DNA of 64,000 nucleotides from Bacilli bacterium (GTDB lineage Bacteria; Bacillota_I; Bacilli_A; RFN20; CAG-826): NCBI GenBank assembly GCA_045130875.1, contig JBGUQI010000022.1, positions 215,795 to 279,794 of the forward strand, read 5' to 3'. Shown piece by piece: positions 32,027 to 40,895 of this stretch (position 1 is its first letter; each line of letters starts with the position of its first letter). The notes under the pieces were generated by a model. It saw only the letters and a program-made list of their open reading frames with translations, ran no database searches and was not told where the DNA came from. The position numbers and the translations under genes were made by a program.

Positions 32027-32440
32027 ATGTACGAAAAAGATGTATTTTGTAAAATTATCGCCGGAGAAATACCTTGCTATAAACTCTACGAAGATGAAGA
32101 CGTCTTAGCCTTCTTAGATATTTCCCAGGTGACCAAAGGTCACGCTTTAGTGGTCAGCAAGAAACACTTCGAGAATTTCTTAACCACACCCCAAGAGATC
32201 ATGCACAAAGTCATGGATGTCGCTCAGAGGATTGGACAAGTCCAAATCAAACTCTTAGGAGCTAGAGGAGTTAACATCCTCTCAAACTGTTATCCCGCCT
32301 CTGGACAAACCGTCATGCATTTCCATGTTCATGTCATCCCGAGGTACAACGAAAACGAAGGCTTCGAGATCACCATGAAGAACAACGCAGAAGGTCTCAA
32401 TCTTCCCGCCCTTGCAGGAGAGATGAAAGAGAATCTCTAA
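32027..32440 (+). CDS. HIT-family nucleotide hydrolase
   Basis: The histidine-triad motif HFHVHVIP is present, along with an N-terminal FCKII..E.P. Confidence 0.85.
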   Translation: MYEKDVFCKIIAGEIPCYKLYEDEDVLAFLDISQVTKGHALVVSKKHFENFLTTPQEIMHKVMDVAQRIGQVQIKLLGARGVNILSNCYPASGQTVMHFHVHVIPRYNENEGFEITMKNNAEGLNLPALAGEMKENL

Positions 32441-32460
32441 TATTTTATTAGACCAAACAA

Positions 32461-32490
32461 AAAGGCGCCTTAAACGGCGTCTTTTCGATT
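32461..32490. terminator. Bidirectional rho-independent terminator (hit / yhaM convergent)
   Basis: An AAGGCGCC-uuaaac-GGCGUCUU hairpin is flanked by A4 upstream and U4 downstream. Confidence 0.55.
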
Positions 32491-32498
32491 GTTTTAGA

Positions 32499-33437
32499 CT
32501 ATTCTCCTTTAGGTTTATACATCATCCTGTTATCTAATGGGAATACTTTATTAGAAAATTCACCAGGTTTGACGTTTTCTAAGGCTTTATCAACGATGAC
32601 TAATTTACTATCTAAATTATCGATTAAGGATAATAAGAGAGCTTCTTTAGTTAAAGGCATAATCGCCGAACCAAATTCAGGCGCGCCATGATGGGATAAG
32701 ACCATATGTTCTAATAATAAGGGAACTTCACTAGTAATCTTTAAGCCTTCCGCGGCTCTTCTGATTTCACTCACCATAATGGTGATATGACCTAATAATT
32801 TACCTTCGACAGAATATTTATAGACCACCGGTCCTTCAAATTCGATGGTTTTACCCATATCGTGGAGCAAGACACCCGTTAATAAGATATCTCTATCGAT
32901 GTTGCCATAATAATCACATAAGAATGAAGCGATATCCGCCATCGAGAGAGTGTGCATCAATAAGCCAGAAGCATAATCATGATGGACAGAGACTGCCGCA
33001 GGATAATCTAATAGTCTTGGTGATAATCTCTTGATTAGATAATCAAGAATCTTACGACAATCTTCATTTTTAATACTTTCCACATAGGTATTAAATTTCT
33101 TAACTAATTCTTCTTTAGGAATAGGAGGTTGTTTCACAAATTTTGCGACATCGATATCCTCGTTAGCAACTTGTCTGGCAGTTAAGACTTTTAACTGAAG
33201 AGTCTCTTTATATTTCAAAACATCGCCTTCGATAAATACGACATTACCTTGGGTGAATAAAGATTCATCTTTGTCATTAACTTCCCATTTCTTCGCATTG
33301 ATATTTCCGGAAGAATCTCTTAATTCGAGATTCATATAATTACCACCGGAATTGTTAACGCATTTGGCACCCGAGACAACAAGGAATTGTCCAGTGATAC
33401 GTTCACCATCTTTAAATTCAGAAATCATTTTCACCAT
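32499..33437 (-). CDS. yhaM: 3'-5' exoribonuclease YhaM (OB-fold + HD domain)
   Basis: An N-terminal OB fold is followed by an HD domain (HTLSMA...LLHDMGK). Confidence 0.8.
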   Translation of the reverse strand: MVKMISEFKDGERITGQFLVVSGAKCVNNSGGNYMNLELRDSSGNINAKKWEVNDKDESLFTQGNVVFIEGDVLKYKETLQLKVLTARQVANEDIDVAKFVKQPPIPKEELVKKFNTYVESIKNEDCRKILDYLIKRLSPRLLDYPAAVSVHHDYASGLLMHTLSMADIASFLCDYYGNIDRDILLTGVLLHDMGKTIEFEGPVVYKYSVEGKLLGHITIMVSEIRRAAEGLKITSEVPLLLEHMVLSHHGAPEFGSAIMPLTKEALLLSLIDNLDSKLVIVDKALENVKPGEFSNKVFPLDNRMMYKPKGE

Positions 33438-34251
33438 ATCTTTTCTCCCACATATTTATAATATCTTTCATTTTATAACCCTTAGTTCTTAATGAACTAA
33501 TCACTTTGTTCTTCAATTCATATCCTTCATAAGATCTCTTTAATCTCATAACTGTCTTATCGAAGTCTTTTTTTAATTTATCTAATTCGTCCTTATCTTT
33601 AGGAAGAGATATACGATTAATCGTATTCATCGCAATGTCATTATCAAATCCTAATGATAATAAAGCGTGATAGACATGTTGTTTCTTCTGTTCAAAAGGA
33701 TATTTGCTATATTTCCTTTCTAATTTAGGAAGCTGATTAAGAGCCTTTTTCTTCTCTAAAGAAGAAGGAAAGAGATTCTTATTAATATTCTCTTCAAATA
33801 TGCCTTTATTTAATAAATCCTGGATAATCTTATTTTTACCAAGGTTTCTCTCATGACCATATTCGATTAAATCTTCCATCAAGGCTTTATCGTTAATTAA
33901 GTCATTATTTTTGAGCATCTTAATGATGCGATCGACATCTTTTTTACTAGCCTCTTTCGCATATAATTTCTCTCTCATCTTCCATTCGGAATAATGATTT
34001 TTCTTCAACAAGCTTAATGCGTACTTCATCAAAGATGCTCCCGCATTAAAGTCTTCAATCTCTTTAATCTCTTTATAAGTCAAAGTCTTATTGGGATAGA
34101 GATAGAAAGAGGCTAAAACTTCACCGACACAGGTAAGTTTACTTTTATCAGTGAAAGTGATGACCACATTCTTCTTATTAACTTTGACTTTTAATATCGT
34201 CTTACCAATATTTTTTGAGGGCACGATTATAGACCTCCATAATATTGTCAT
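33418..34251 (-). CDS. recX: RecX-like regulatory protein
   Basis: RecX-type three-helix repeats are present (…KYALSLL..…KLY.K......I..L......D). Confidence 0.55.
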   Translation of the reverse strand: MTILWRSIIVPSKNIGKTILKVKVNKKNVVITFTDKSKLTCVGEVLASFYLYPNKTLTYKEIKEIEDFNAGASLMKYALSLLKKNHYSEWKMREKLYAKEASKKDVDRIIKMLKNNDLINDKALMEDLIEYGHERNLGKNKIIQDLLNKGIFEENINKNLFPSSLEKKKALNQLPKLERKYSKYPFEQKKQHVYHALLSLGFDNDIAMNTINRISLPKDKDELDKLKKDFDKTVMRLKRSYEGYELKNKVISSLRTKGYKMKDIINMWEKRYGENDF

Positions 34252-35377
34252 AGAATTTATCTATCGAATAAGAATCGACAGTTTGATAAGCATTATTGAT
34301 AACCGCTTGTCTTCCTTCATCCCCTAAAGAGAGGATTCTTTCAACTTTCTCCACGAAACCATTTTCATCAGTGAAGAAGAAACCGGTTAAACCATCGGTA
34401 ATCGTATCCGCAAGGTTAGAGTCATATCTCGCTAAGACGATCGTGCCACTGGCCATCGCCTCCATAAATGTCAAACCTTGAGTCTCGGTAATTGATGCGG
34501 AAGTATAAATATCCGCGAGATGATAATAAAATGGGACTTCTGAGGCTGGAACTTTGCCGATAAAGTCAACTTTATCTTCGATATGTAATTCACTGACGAG
34601 AAGCTCTAATTCCGGTCTTTGAGGACCATCGCCCACAACAAGCATCTTCGTATCGGCATCAGGATGTTTCTCCAAGAACATCGCATAGCCTCTAAGAGAA
34701 TAATCCATGCTCTTTTCTTTCGCGACACGACCTAAAATTAGAAACACTTTTGTGGTGTCTTTGATACCATGAGCTTTCTTAAATTCTTTCTGTCTCTCTT
34801 TATCGATGAGTTTCTCATCAAATAATGAGAAATCAATTCCGGTAGGAACGACATTGACATAAATGTCACTCCCGATACTTCTCATATAATCTTTGGTTTT
34901 AATGGATGGAGTAATAAACTCCGTACAGTTTCTGGCGACAGACTTTGCGTATCCACGCATCGCTTTTTTGCCAATTCGATCCATTAAGCCATGAACGATG
35001 TAATAGGTATAATCCTCATACGCAGTATGGTAGGTATAAACTGAAGGGACTTTTAATTGTCTCGCCGATATTCTCGCGAATTGTCCGATACCGATATCGG
35101 TTTGGTTATGGATAAGTTCCACACCAAAATCTTTCAAGATTTTTACGATTTTACGATTATAGATATTGGTTAATCTATAACCATACATTCTCTTAATCTC
35201 TATTCCAGGAACCCAAATGATTCCATCTTTATATTCTAATTTCCCAGACGTCGTTCTTGGAGCCACAACAACGACATCATGGCCGTTTTTCCTTAAAACT
35301 TGGACCAAGTTATAAGCAGATGTCGAAACACCATTGATAAAGGGAGGATATGTATCAGTAAATATTGCGATCTTCAT
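34202..35377 (-). CDS. GT4 glycosyltransferase, 1,2-diacylglycerol 3-glucosyltransferase-like (Acholeplasma MGS-like)
   Basis: The N-terminus MKIAIFTDTYPP.INGVS and the EX7E-type C-terminal motif are characteristic of membrane glycolipid synthases. Confidence 0.7.
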   Translation of the reverse strand: MKIAIFTDTYPPFINGVSTSAYNLVQVLRKNGHDVVVVAPRTTSGKLEYKDGIIWVPGIEIKRMYGYRLTNIYNRKIVKILKDFGVELIHNQTDIGIGQFARISARQLKVPSVYTYHTAYEDYTYYIVHGLMDRIGKKAMRGYAKSVARNCTEFITPSIKTKDYMRSIGSDIYVNVVPTGIDFSLFDEKLIDKERQKEFKKAHGIKDTTKVFLILGRVAKEKSMDYSLRGYAMFLEKHPDADTKMLVVGDGPQRPELELLVSELHIEDKVDFIGKVPASEVPFYYHLADIYTSASITETQGLTFMEAMASGTIVLARYDSNLADTITDGLTGFFFTDENGFVEKVERILSLGDEGRQAVINNAYQTVDSYSIDKFYDNIMEVYNRALKKYW

Positions 35378-36867
35378 TATAATGAATCATCCTCATCTTT
35401 AATATCGACGGTACTATATTCATCATCTTTGACCATCGCAGGAGTTTCATCCACTTTCTCTTTGTTCTTCTTCTTTTTCTTATTTTTGTTATTACCTTTT
35501 AACAAAGTTAAAACCGCTTTTCTTGATAAAGTAGTGGTCTCCACTAAAGCTTCCACCTCTTCTTTACGCATCACATAGGTTTCATTCTGTAAAGCCACAA
35601 AGGTTTCTCTGTTGGGGATATCGCCTCTTTCTCTGACTTCGTTCTTCGGAGAAGCACGATAGAAAGCGGTTGTTAAACCGGCTACTAAGATTGGAATGAT
35701 AAAGGTAATACTTCTCCATAGTAATAACGCGGATAATGACAAGGAAGAAGATAAGGATTGAGTTTCCGCTAGATCTTCACCTTTGATATAGAAAAATCCA
35801 AATGCAGGGTCATCAGCCTTATAGAACAAGGCATTAAAGAAGTATTCAGAAACACCCGCACTTCCTGGTAAAGGAATTAAACCGGTAATCATCTGGTGGT
35901 AGTTTCCTAAGAAGATGCTCTCCCAGAAATAGGAGAAATCAGTGTGCTCATTACCTAAGGCTAAACCCACGAAATAAGGGATGGAGAATTTCAGTGTCAT
36001 ATAGATGGCAAAACACACAGTAACCAAGATAAAGAACGGGATATTAGCCCATAATCTTCTAAACTCAATTTTGAAGTTTTCCACCTGTATTCGTAAATTT
36101 TCTCGAGTTTTGTCGGGGTTTTTGATGATTTTTATCTTTCCTAAGAAGCCCACGATAGGTCCCATGATAAAATTATGGAATCCATGCCAATAGGCCATTA
36201 ATAGAACGATTAAGATAACCGAAACGTTAAGCATAAAGCCGATGATCGTTAAGAAAATGGCCTTAATTTCAATAGTCACATCATTGATGGATAAACTGAC
36301 CGCTGGAATGGACATGATGAGGTCATACTTCACAATAAATGAAATTGTTCCATAGATAATCAAGACGATTTGGAACACGATGGAATACATCGCTAAAGCA
36401 CTAACTGCGGAGGAAATGTGTAAGCCTTGTTTCTTATATGTATAAGCTTGCATAATCTGGCCACCAGAAGCACCAGGAGTCACTGCGTTATAGAAAACAC
36501 CGACTTGGTCGACCGCTAAAGCTTGATAGAAATGATATTTACGAGTATATAATCTGGCAAAGCAGAATAAGATGAATGATCTGATGATAATTGTGCCGGC
36601 CATAACACCGAGAATGGCTAATAGCCATTTGACATCCGCGGTTTGAATCAAATGCCAAATTGTTTTCGCTTTCTCAGTACCACCACCAAACAAGGTAACG
36701 ATAATAGAAACAACAGTCACGATTAAAATGAAGGAGAGATATAAAACGTATTTAACGACACTCTTCTTCGATTTCTTTTTACCGGTCTTTTTATCTTGTT
36801 CGTATTGTTCTACTTGTTTCTGTAGTTCTTCTGAATTAGTGGCCATAGCAAAAAGATTATAGCACAT
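35377..36867 (-). CDS. Integral membrane protein, lysylphosphatidylglycerol-synthase-TM/flippase-like (UPF0104)
   Basis: A protein with about 8 TM helices that is translationally coupled to the upstream GT4 gene. Its C-terminal tail is K-rich. Confidence 0.55.
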   Translation of the reverse strand: MCYNLFAMATNSEELQKQVEQYEQDKKTGKKKSKKSVVKYVLYLSFILIVTVVSIIVTLFGGGTEKAKTIWHLIQTADVKWLLAILGVMAGTIIIRSFILFCFARLYTRKYHFYQALAVDQVGVFYNAVTPGASGGQIMQAYTYKKQGLHISSAVSALAMYSIVFQIVLIIYGTISFIVKYDLIMSIPAVSLSINDVTIEIKAIFLTIIGFMLNVSVILIVLLMAYWHGFHNFIMGPIVGFLGKIKIIKNPDKTRENLRIQVENFKIEFRRLWANIPFFILVTVCFAIYMTLKFSIPYFVGLALGNEHTDFSYFWESIFLGNYHQMITGLIPLPGSAGVSEYFFNALFYKADDPAFGFFYIKGEDLAETQSLSSSLSLSALLLWRSITFIIPILVAGLTTAFYRASPKNEVRERGDIPNRETFVALQNETYVMRKEEVEALVETTTLSRKAVLTLLKGNNKNKKKKKNKEKVDETPAMVKDDEYSTVDIKDEDDSL

Positions 36868-36937
36868 ATGAATCCAATTTTTGTATTCATATCGAAATTA
36901 TGAGACTTTTAAAAAAGGTTCTCGAACAAGAACCTTC

Positions 36938-37612
36938 CTATAATTTAAAGGCAAACTTACATTTACCACACTTGTATTCATAACCTCTTTTGATAATCGG
37001 CGAACCACACCAGGGACACTTATTATTTTCTATCGCAAAGGTCATGTCTCTTCTAAATTCTTCTTTCATCTGCTTCAGATACCCTATCGTTTCCACATGT
37101 TCATCTTTAGAGATATCAGATATATTCTTTTCAAGAATATTATTGATTTCATCGATAGATTTTTCACTTAGTTTCTTCTTATATGGATAGGAATCTATAA
37201 AGAGTAATAAGTCACTTAAATTGATGACATTTTCATCTCCTATATAAGGGGCATTATTCTTTACAAACACCACGACTGGGACTACTTCATATTTACCCTT
37301 CAAAAGGCGATAAACCACTACTGAATGAGACTTATTTTGCTTCAGGGGATTAGAGATTTTAATCTCCTCATTTTTAATCACTTTTAACCAGTAGCTATCT
37401 CCGGTATCAGAGATGATTTTTCCATAATAATTCTTTGTCTCAATCACAAAGACACCATGAGGATGAATCAAGATATGGTCGATTTGATGAGTCATCTCAT
37501 TCTTGCCCACTTGAAACATCACATCATTCAGTAAATGATGCTTAACTTTAATCTTCTTTAAAGTTTCAATGACGATTAATTCGCCTTTATCACCACGGCT
37601 TTGTTTAGACAT
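36938..37612 (-). CDS. NERD-domain protein with C-terminal zinc ribbon
   Basis: A nuclease-related domain (…HILIHPHGVFVIETKN…) is followed by a CPWCGS...CGKC ribbon. Confidence 0.6.
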   Translation of the reverse strand: MSKQSRGDKGELIVIETLKKIKVKHHLLNDVMFQVGKNEMTHQIDHILIHPHGVFVIETKNYYGKIISDTGDSYWLKVIKNEEIKISNPLKQNKSHSVVVYRLLKGKYEVVPVVVFVKNNAPYIGDENVINLSDLLLFIDSYPYKKKLSEKSIDEINNILEKNISDISKDEHVETIGYLKQMKEEFRRDMTFAIENNKCPWCGSPIIKRGYEYKCGKCKFAFKL

Positions 37613-37651
37613 ATACTTATGTATTAAAAAAGAGGTATAACCTCTTTTTGA

Positions 37652-38581
37652 TTATTTTCCTTGAACTTCCTTGTAGAACACAACCGGTCTTCCCATTCTC
37701 TTGGCTTCATATAGCGCGGTGTCTGCGTGTTTGAATAGTTTAGAGAATGTGTTCGCATCTTCATTCAAGATGGAGACACCACAGGAAGCTTGACAGACAT
37801 GTCGATGAACACGATATGTGGAAATATCGGATAGACGTTTGACTAATGATTCTTCATCTTTATAGTGTTTGATTAATAAAACGAACTCATCACCACCAAA
37901 ACGACCGACAATACAATCTTTTTGATTTAATTGTTCTCTTAACGTACGGGCAACTTCTTTAAGAATTTCATCGCCTACGTCATGTCCGTATGTATCGTTA
38001 AACTGTTTGAAGTTATCGATATCTAATAAAGCAAAGGCATATCTATCAGATGGAACACTGCTTTCAATAGCTTTATTGATCATTTCAAATGAGGAAGTCT
38101 TATTATATAAGTCAGTGAAATCATCTAACATATTAGATAACTCTAATTGAAGCATTCTCTCCTTGGAGGATGTGATATTCATAATCGCGATAATAACACT
38201 ACTTAATTTATTATCTTCCACGATTGGTTCGATGGTTACTTTACACCAGACATATCTACCAGTGACTTGTAATAATCTCACTTCTAGAGAATAAATATTG
38301 AATTCATTAATTTGATCAAGAACACCATTGAAGAGTTTACGATCATCGGGATGAACAAAAGAGGAAGATAATTTGTTTATATAATCTTGAATTTCAAGGC
38401 CATCAAACTGCTTAAATCTTCTATACATCACCGCATCAGAAGCCGCGAACACTGAGTGTGCATTTTCAAGATAAATGAGGTTTTGTCCCCTCACTTCAAA
38501 CATGCATAATTGGGCGACATCTAAGGCTAATTCGAGTCTCAATCTATCGGTATTTTCTTGTCTATTATTTCCGTTATTCAT
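37652..38581 (-). CDS. PAS-GGDEF diguanylate cyclase
   Basis: A C-terminal GGDEF domain with the intact active site RFGGDEF and a Y.....D.FK.FND.YGH..GD region. An N-terminal PAS-like sensory domain is present. Confidence 0.8.
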   Translation of the reverse strand: MNNGNNRQENTDRLRLELALDVAQLCMFEVRGQNLIYLENAHSVFAASDAVMYRRFKQFDGLEIQDYINKLSSSFVHPDDRKLFNGVLDQINEFNIYSLEVRLLQVTGRYVWCKVTIEPIVEDNKLSSVIIAIMNITSSKERMLQLELSNMLDDFTDLYNKTSSFEMINKAIESSVPSDRYAFALLDIDNFKQFNDTYGHDVGDEILKEVARTLREQLNQKDCIVGRFGGDEFVLLIKHYKDEESLVKRLSDISTYRVHRHVCQASCGVSILNEDANTFSKLFKHADTALYEAKRMGRPVVFYKEVQGK

Positions 38582-38815
38582 AGCTTAATTCCATCAAGTA
38601 ATAAAATTATATATTATTTTATGAAAGTGACTCAACAACAAATTTTTAAAAACTATTTGCACTTTTTTACACATAAGTTTAGCATATTAGTGCGGACAGT
38701 ATTTAGTAAGCCACGTCCCAATTGCTTATTAAACAATCCCCGTAAAATCATCCAATTACATGACGAATAGAAGAAACTATTGGTCTTTTTGTCTTTTTAC
38801 GGAGGAATTACATAT

Positions 38816-39667
38816 ATGAAAAAGTCAAAAATTATCGTTCCTGCATTAGGAATTTTAGTGTTATCCACAGCCGCTGCTGTCACAGGTACAGTCGCATGGT
38901 TCACATCCAATAATACTTTAAGTGTTACTGGTATGCACGCCAAAGTCGATGCCGAAAACGGTATCGTCGTTTCTAACGAAGCCAAATCCGTTTGGGCCAC
39001 ATCTGCCGTTGCTCAACATTCTGGTGAAGATCAATCCTTCTTACTCACATCCACAGCCGATTTAGCCGCTTGGTATCACAACAAATCCGACAACGCTAAC
39101 GATCACACCGCTGCTGAAGACTACACCACATTAACAGTCACAAAACCAGCCGCTGGCACACAAACCACCAATACTGGTATTGGTACAGCTACCTATAACC
39201 AACAAACCAAGAATGTTTATTTAATCAACAGATTCTACATTCAATCCGCTTCCGGTCTCGAACTCACTGGTCAAGATCTCAAAGTTAAAAACATCGCTGC
39301 TACTGGTGCTTCCGGTTCCGCAGAATTAGACAAGGCTTTAAGAGTTGCTTTCAAATCTGCTCAAACCTCTGTCATTTATGCTCCATTTGCTGGTGCTTCA
39401 TTATCCTATAATGTTGCTGGTGCAGCTACTGCCACAACAATCGTTGATGGTTCTTTAGGTGAAGGCGAAGGCGCAACAGGCGACACAAGAACACTCTTAT
39501 CCAACGTCACCATTCCTACCTTTATTCAATCCGGTAATACTGCTTTAGAAATCGAAGTTTACGTCTTCTTTGAAGGTGAAGATCCAGCAGCAAAATCTGC
39601 TAACATCACCGCTAATTTAGACGACTTAACCGTCTCCTTCGAATTCGAAAACGCTATCCACGCCTAA
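38816..39667 (+). CDS. Secreted protein with SipW-cognate (TasA/CalY-type) signal peptide, paralog A
   Basis: The start at 38816 follows a GGAGGA SD. The N-terminus MKKSKIIVPALGILVLSTAAAVTGTVAWFTSNN matches the SipW-cognate signal pattern (hydrophobic stretch followed by GT.A.F[ST]). The protein is rich in T/A/G. A C-terminal FFEGEDP...LTVSFEFEN motif is shared with the other paralogs. Confidence 0.6.
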   Translation: MKKSKIIVPALGILVLSTAAAVTGTVAWFTSNNTLSVTGMHAKVDAENGIVVSNEAKSVWATSAVAQHSGEDQSFLLTSTADLAAWYHNKSDNANDHTAAEDYTTLTVTKPAAGTQTTNTGIGTATYNQQTKNVYLINRFYIQSASGLELTGQDLKVKNIAATGASGSAELDKALRVAFKSAQTSVIYAPFAGASLSYNVAGAATATTIVDGSLGEGEGATGDTRTLLSNVTIPTFIQSGNTALEIEVYVFFEGEDPAAKSANITANLDDLTVSFEFENAIHA

Positions 39668-39685
39668 TTAGAATTTGATTCAAAT

Positions 39686-39717
39686 AGCACTCGCTTCGGC
39701 GGGTGCTTTTTTTGTGC
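39686..39717 (+). terminator. Rho-independent terminator
   Basis: An AGCACUCGC-uucg-GCGGGUGCU hairpin is followed by U7. Confidence 0.75.
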
Positions 39718-39787
39718 TCTATGAGCGATATTTAAGTAATTTTGGAAGTAAAAACTTCAAAAATACTTAATGATATTTCATAAATGC

Positions 39788-39819
39788 TTGACACATACCC
39801 ACGCCTAATATATAAATAT
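39788..39819 (+). promoter_or_regulatory. Sigma-70-type promoter (TTGACA-17-TATAAA) that fires into the riboswitch
   Basis: The -35 TTGACA lies at 39788-39793 and a -10-like TATAAA at 39811-39816, so the predicted transcription start site (TSS) falls just before the aptamer. Confidence 0.5.
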
Positions 39820-39825
39820 ATGTGT

Positions 39826-39892
39826 GAAATGCAAACCTAGAGAGATCTAGCGACGCAAAGCTATAGGGCCTGAAAAGGCAGCCAGTTACCTC
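39826..39892 (+). promoter_or_regulatory. c-di-GMP-I (GEMM) riboswitch aptamer
   Basis: The sequence is GCAAACC-CUAGA(GAGA)UCUAG-CGACGCAAAGCUAUAGGGCC...GGCAGCCAGUUACC. It matches the GEMM hallmarks seen in Vibrio Vc2: GCAAACC, a P1 hairpin with a GNRA tetraloop, GACGCAAAGC, and a 3' CAGCC.GUUACC. Confidence 0.8.
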
Positions 39893-39934
39893 AAATTAGT
39901 ACTAATTATTATGAAGAGAGCTGGCAACAAACCA

Positions 39935-40894
39935 ATGAAAATAATTGCCGCTACCGCCGTAGCGTCTTTTTCTTTAGTTGCCGCCGTTGTTTCCACAATT
40001 GCCTGGTTCATGTTAGCCAATAAAGTTAAAGGCAAAGATGTCAAAGTAGTCATCGAAGATCCTTCCGATAGCGTTGCTGAAATCACCTTCCATAAATATC
40101 GCGGTTTAAGCACCGATTCATATTATTTATTCAACCCAGAGCCAGAAGCGACTTTAAGAATTGAAAACAAACAAATCGTTTTAGATGCTCCCGCAGGTTT
40201 TAGCGGTATTACATTAGATACATATTCTGCTGAAAATAGACACCATCCTTTATTAATGCTCTTCAAACTTAAAAAGAGTGGTTTAAACCTCTATGCCAGA
40301 ACAGAACATCCGTTCATGGCAGAATTCAAACCAACTTCATATACCACAGTCGCATCACATGGCGCTCTCACCCACGTCACCACTACAAGTTTTGTGGGTG
40401 GCGAAACTTACTACGTAACTCATGACGAAGTCAATGGCGGTATGGATGGTTCCACCTACGGCCCAACAGCCTATAGATGGGATGTAGATGCTAAAAAATG
40501 GGATATGATTTGGGGCGATCTTGGTGCAAGTAAAAATCCTCTTTCTAGCGTGATGGAAACATATTTCTTTATGTTTAGTTTTGCTTCACCTAGTGAAGGT
40601 GCAAATACATCTCATGCCTTAAATGGTTCAAATCCAAATAGTATCCCCATTGCGCAAAATGATTGTACAGAAACAAATCAAAGATCATTTGTGCAATTTG
40701 AGAATGGTACATTCTCTCACTTCTCCAAAACCATTACCTTCTTTGAAGGTCAGGTTCAAGAAAACACCGTTTATTTAGGCATTATGGTTGATTATTACTC
40801 ATTAGCGCTTGAATATATTTCCTCCTATTACTTAGGAGATGCTCGTGTTACTGCGGGTTTAAATTTCACATGTGATTGGTTAATAGGTCTATAA
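39935..40894 (+). CDS. Secreted protein with SipW-cognate-type signal peptide, paralog B
   Basis: The N-terminus is MKIIAATAVASFSLVAAVVSTIAWFMLANK. An alternative start lies at 39911. The C-terminus carries an FFEGQ motif. Confidence 0.55.
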   Translation: MKIIAATAVASFSLVAAVVSTIAWFMLANKVKGKDVKVVIEDPSDSVAEITFHKYRGLSTDSYYLFNPEPEATLRIENKQIVLDAPAGFSGITLDTYSAENRHHPLLMLFKLKKSGLNLYARTEHPFMAEFKPTSYTTVASHGALTHVTTTSFVGGETYYVTHDEVNGGMDGSTYGPTAYRWDVDAKKWDMIWGDLGASKNPLSSVMETYFFMFSFASPSEGANTSHALNGSNPNSIPIAQNDCTETNQRSFVQFENGTFSHFSKTITFFEGQVQENTVYLGIMVDYYSLALEYISSYYLGDARVTAGLNFTCDWLIGL

Positions 40895-40895
40895 A

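Noticed and set aside
39911..39934. First in-frame ATG (39911) as the start of paralog B
   Set aside because: The ATG at 39935 gives a typical signal-peptide N-terminus (MKIIAATAV...). Neither site has a strong SD, so 39935 was preferred, but 39911 cannot be excluded.
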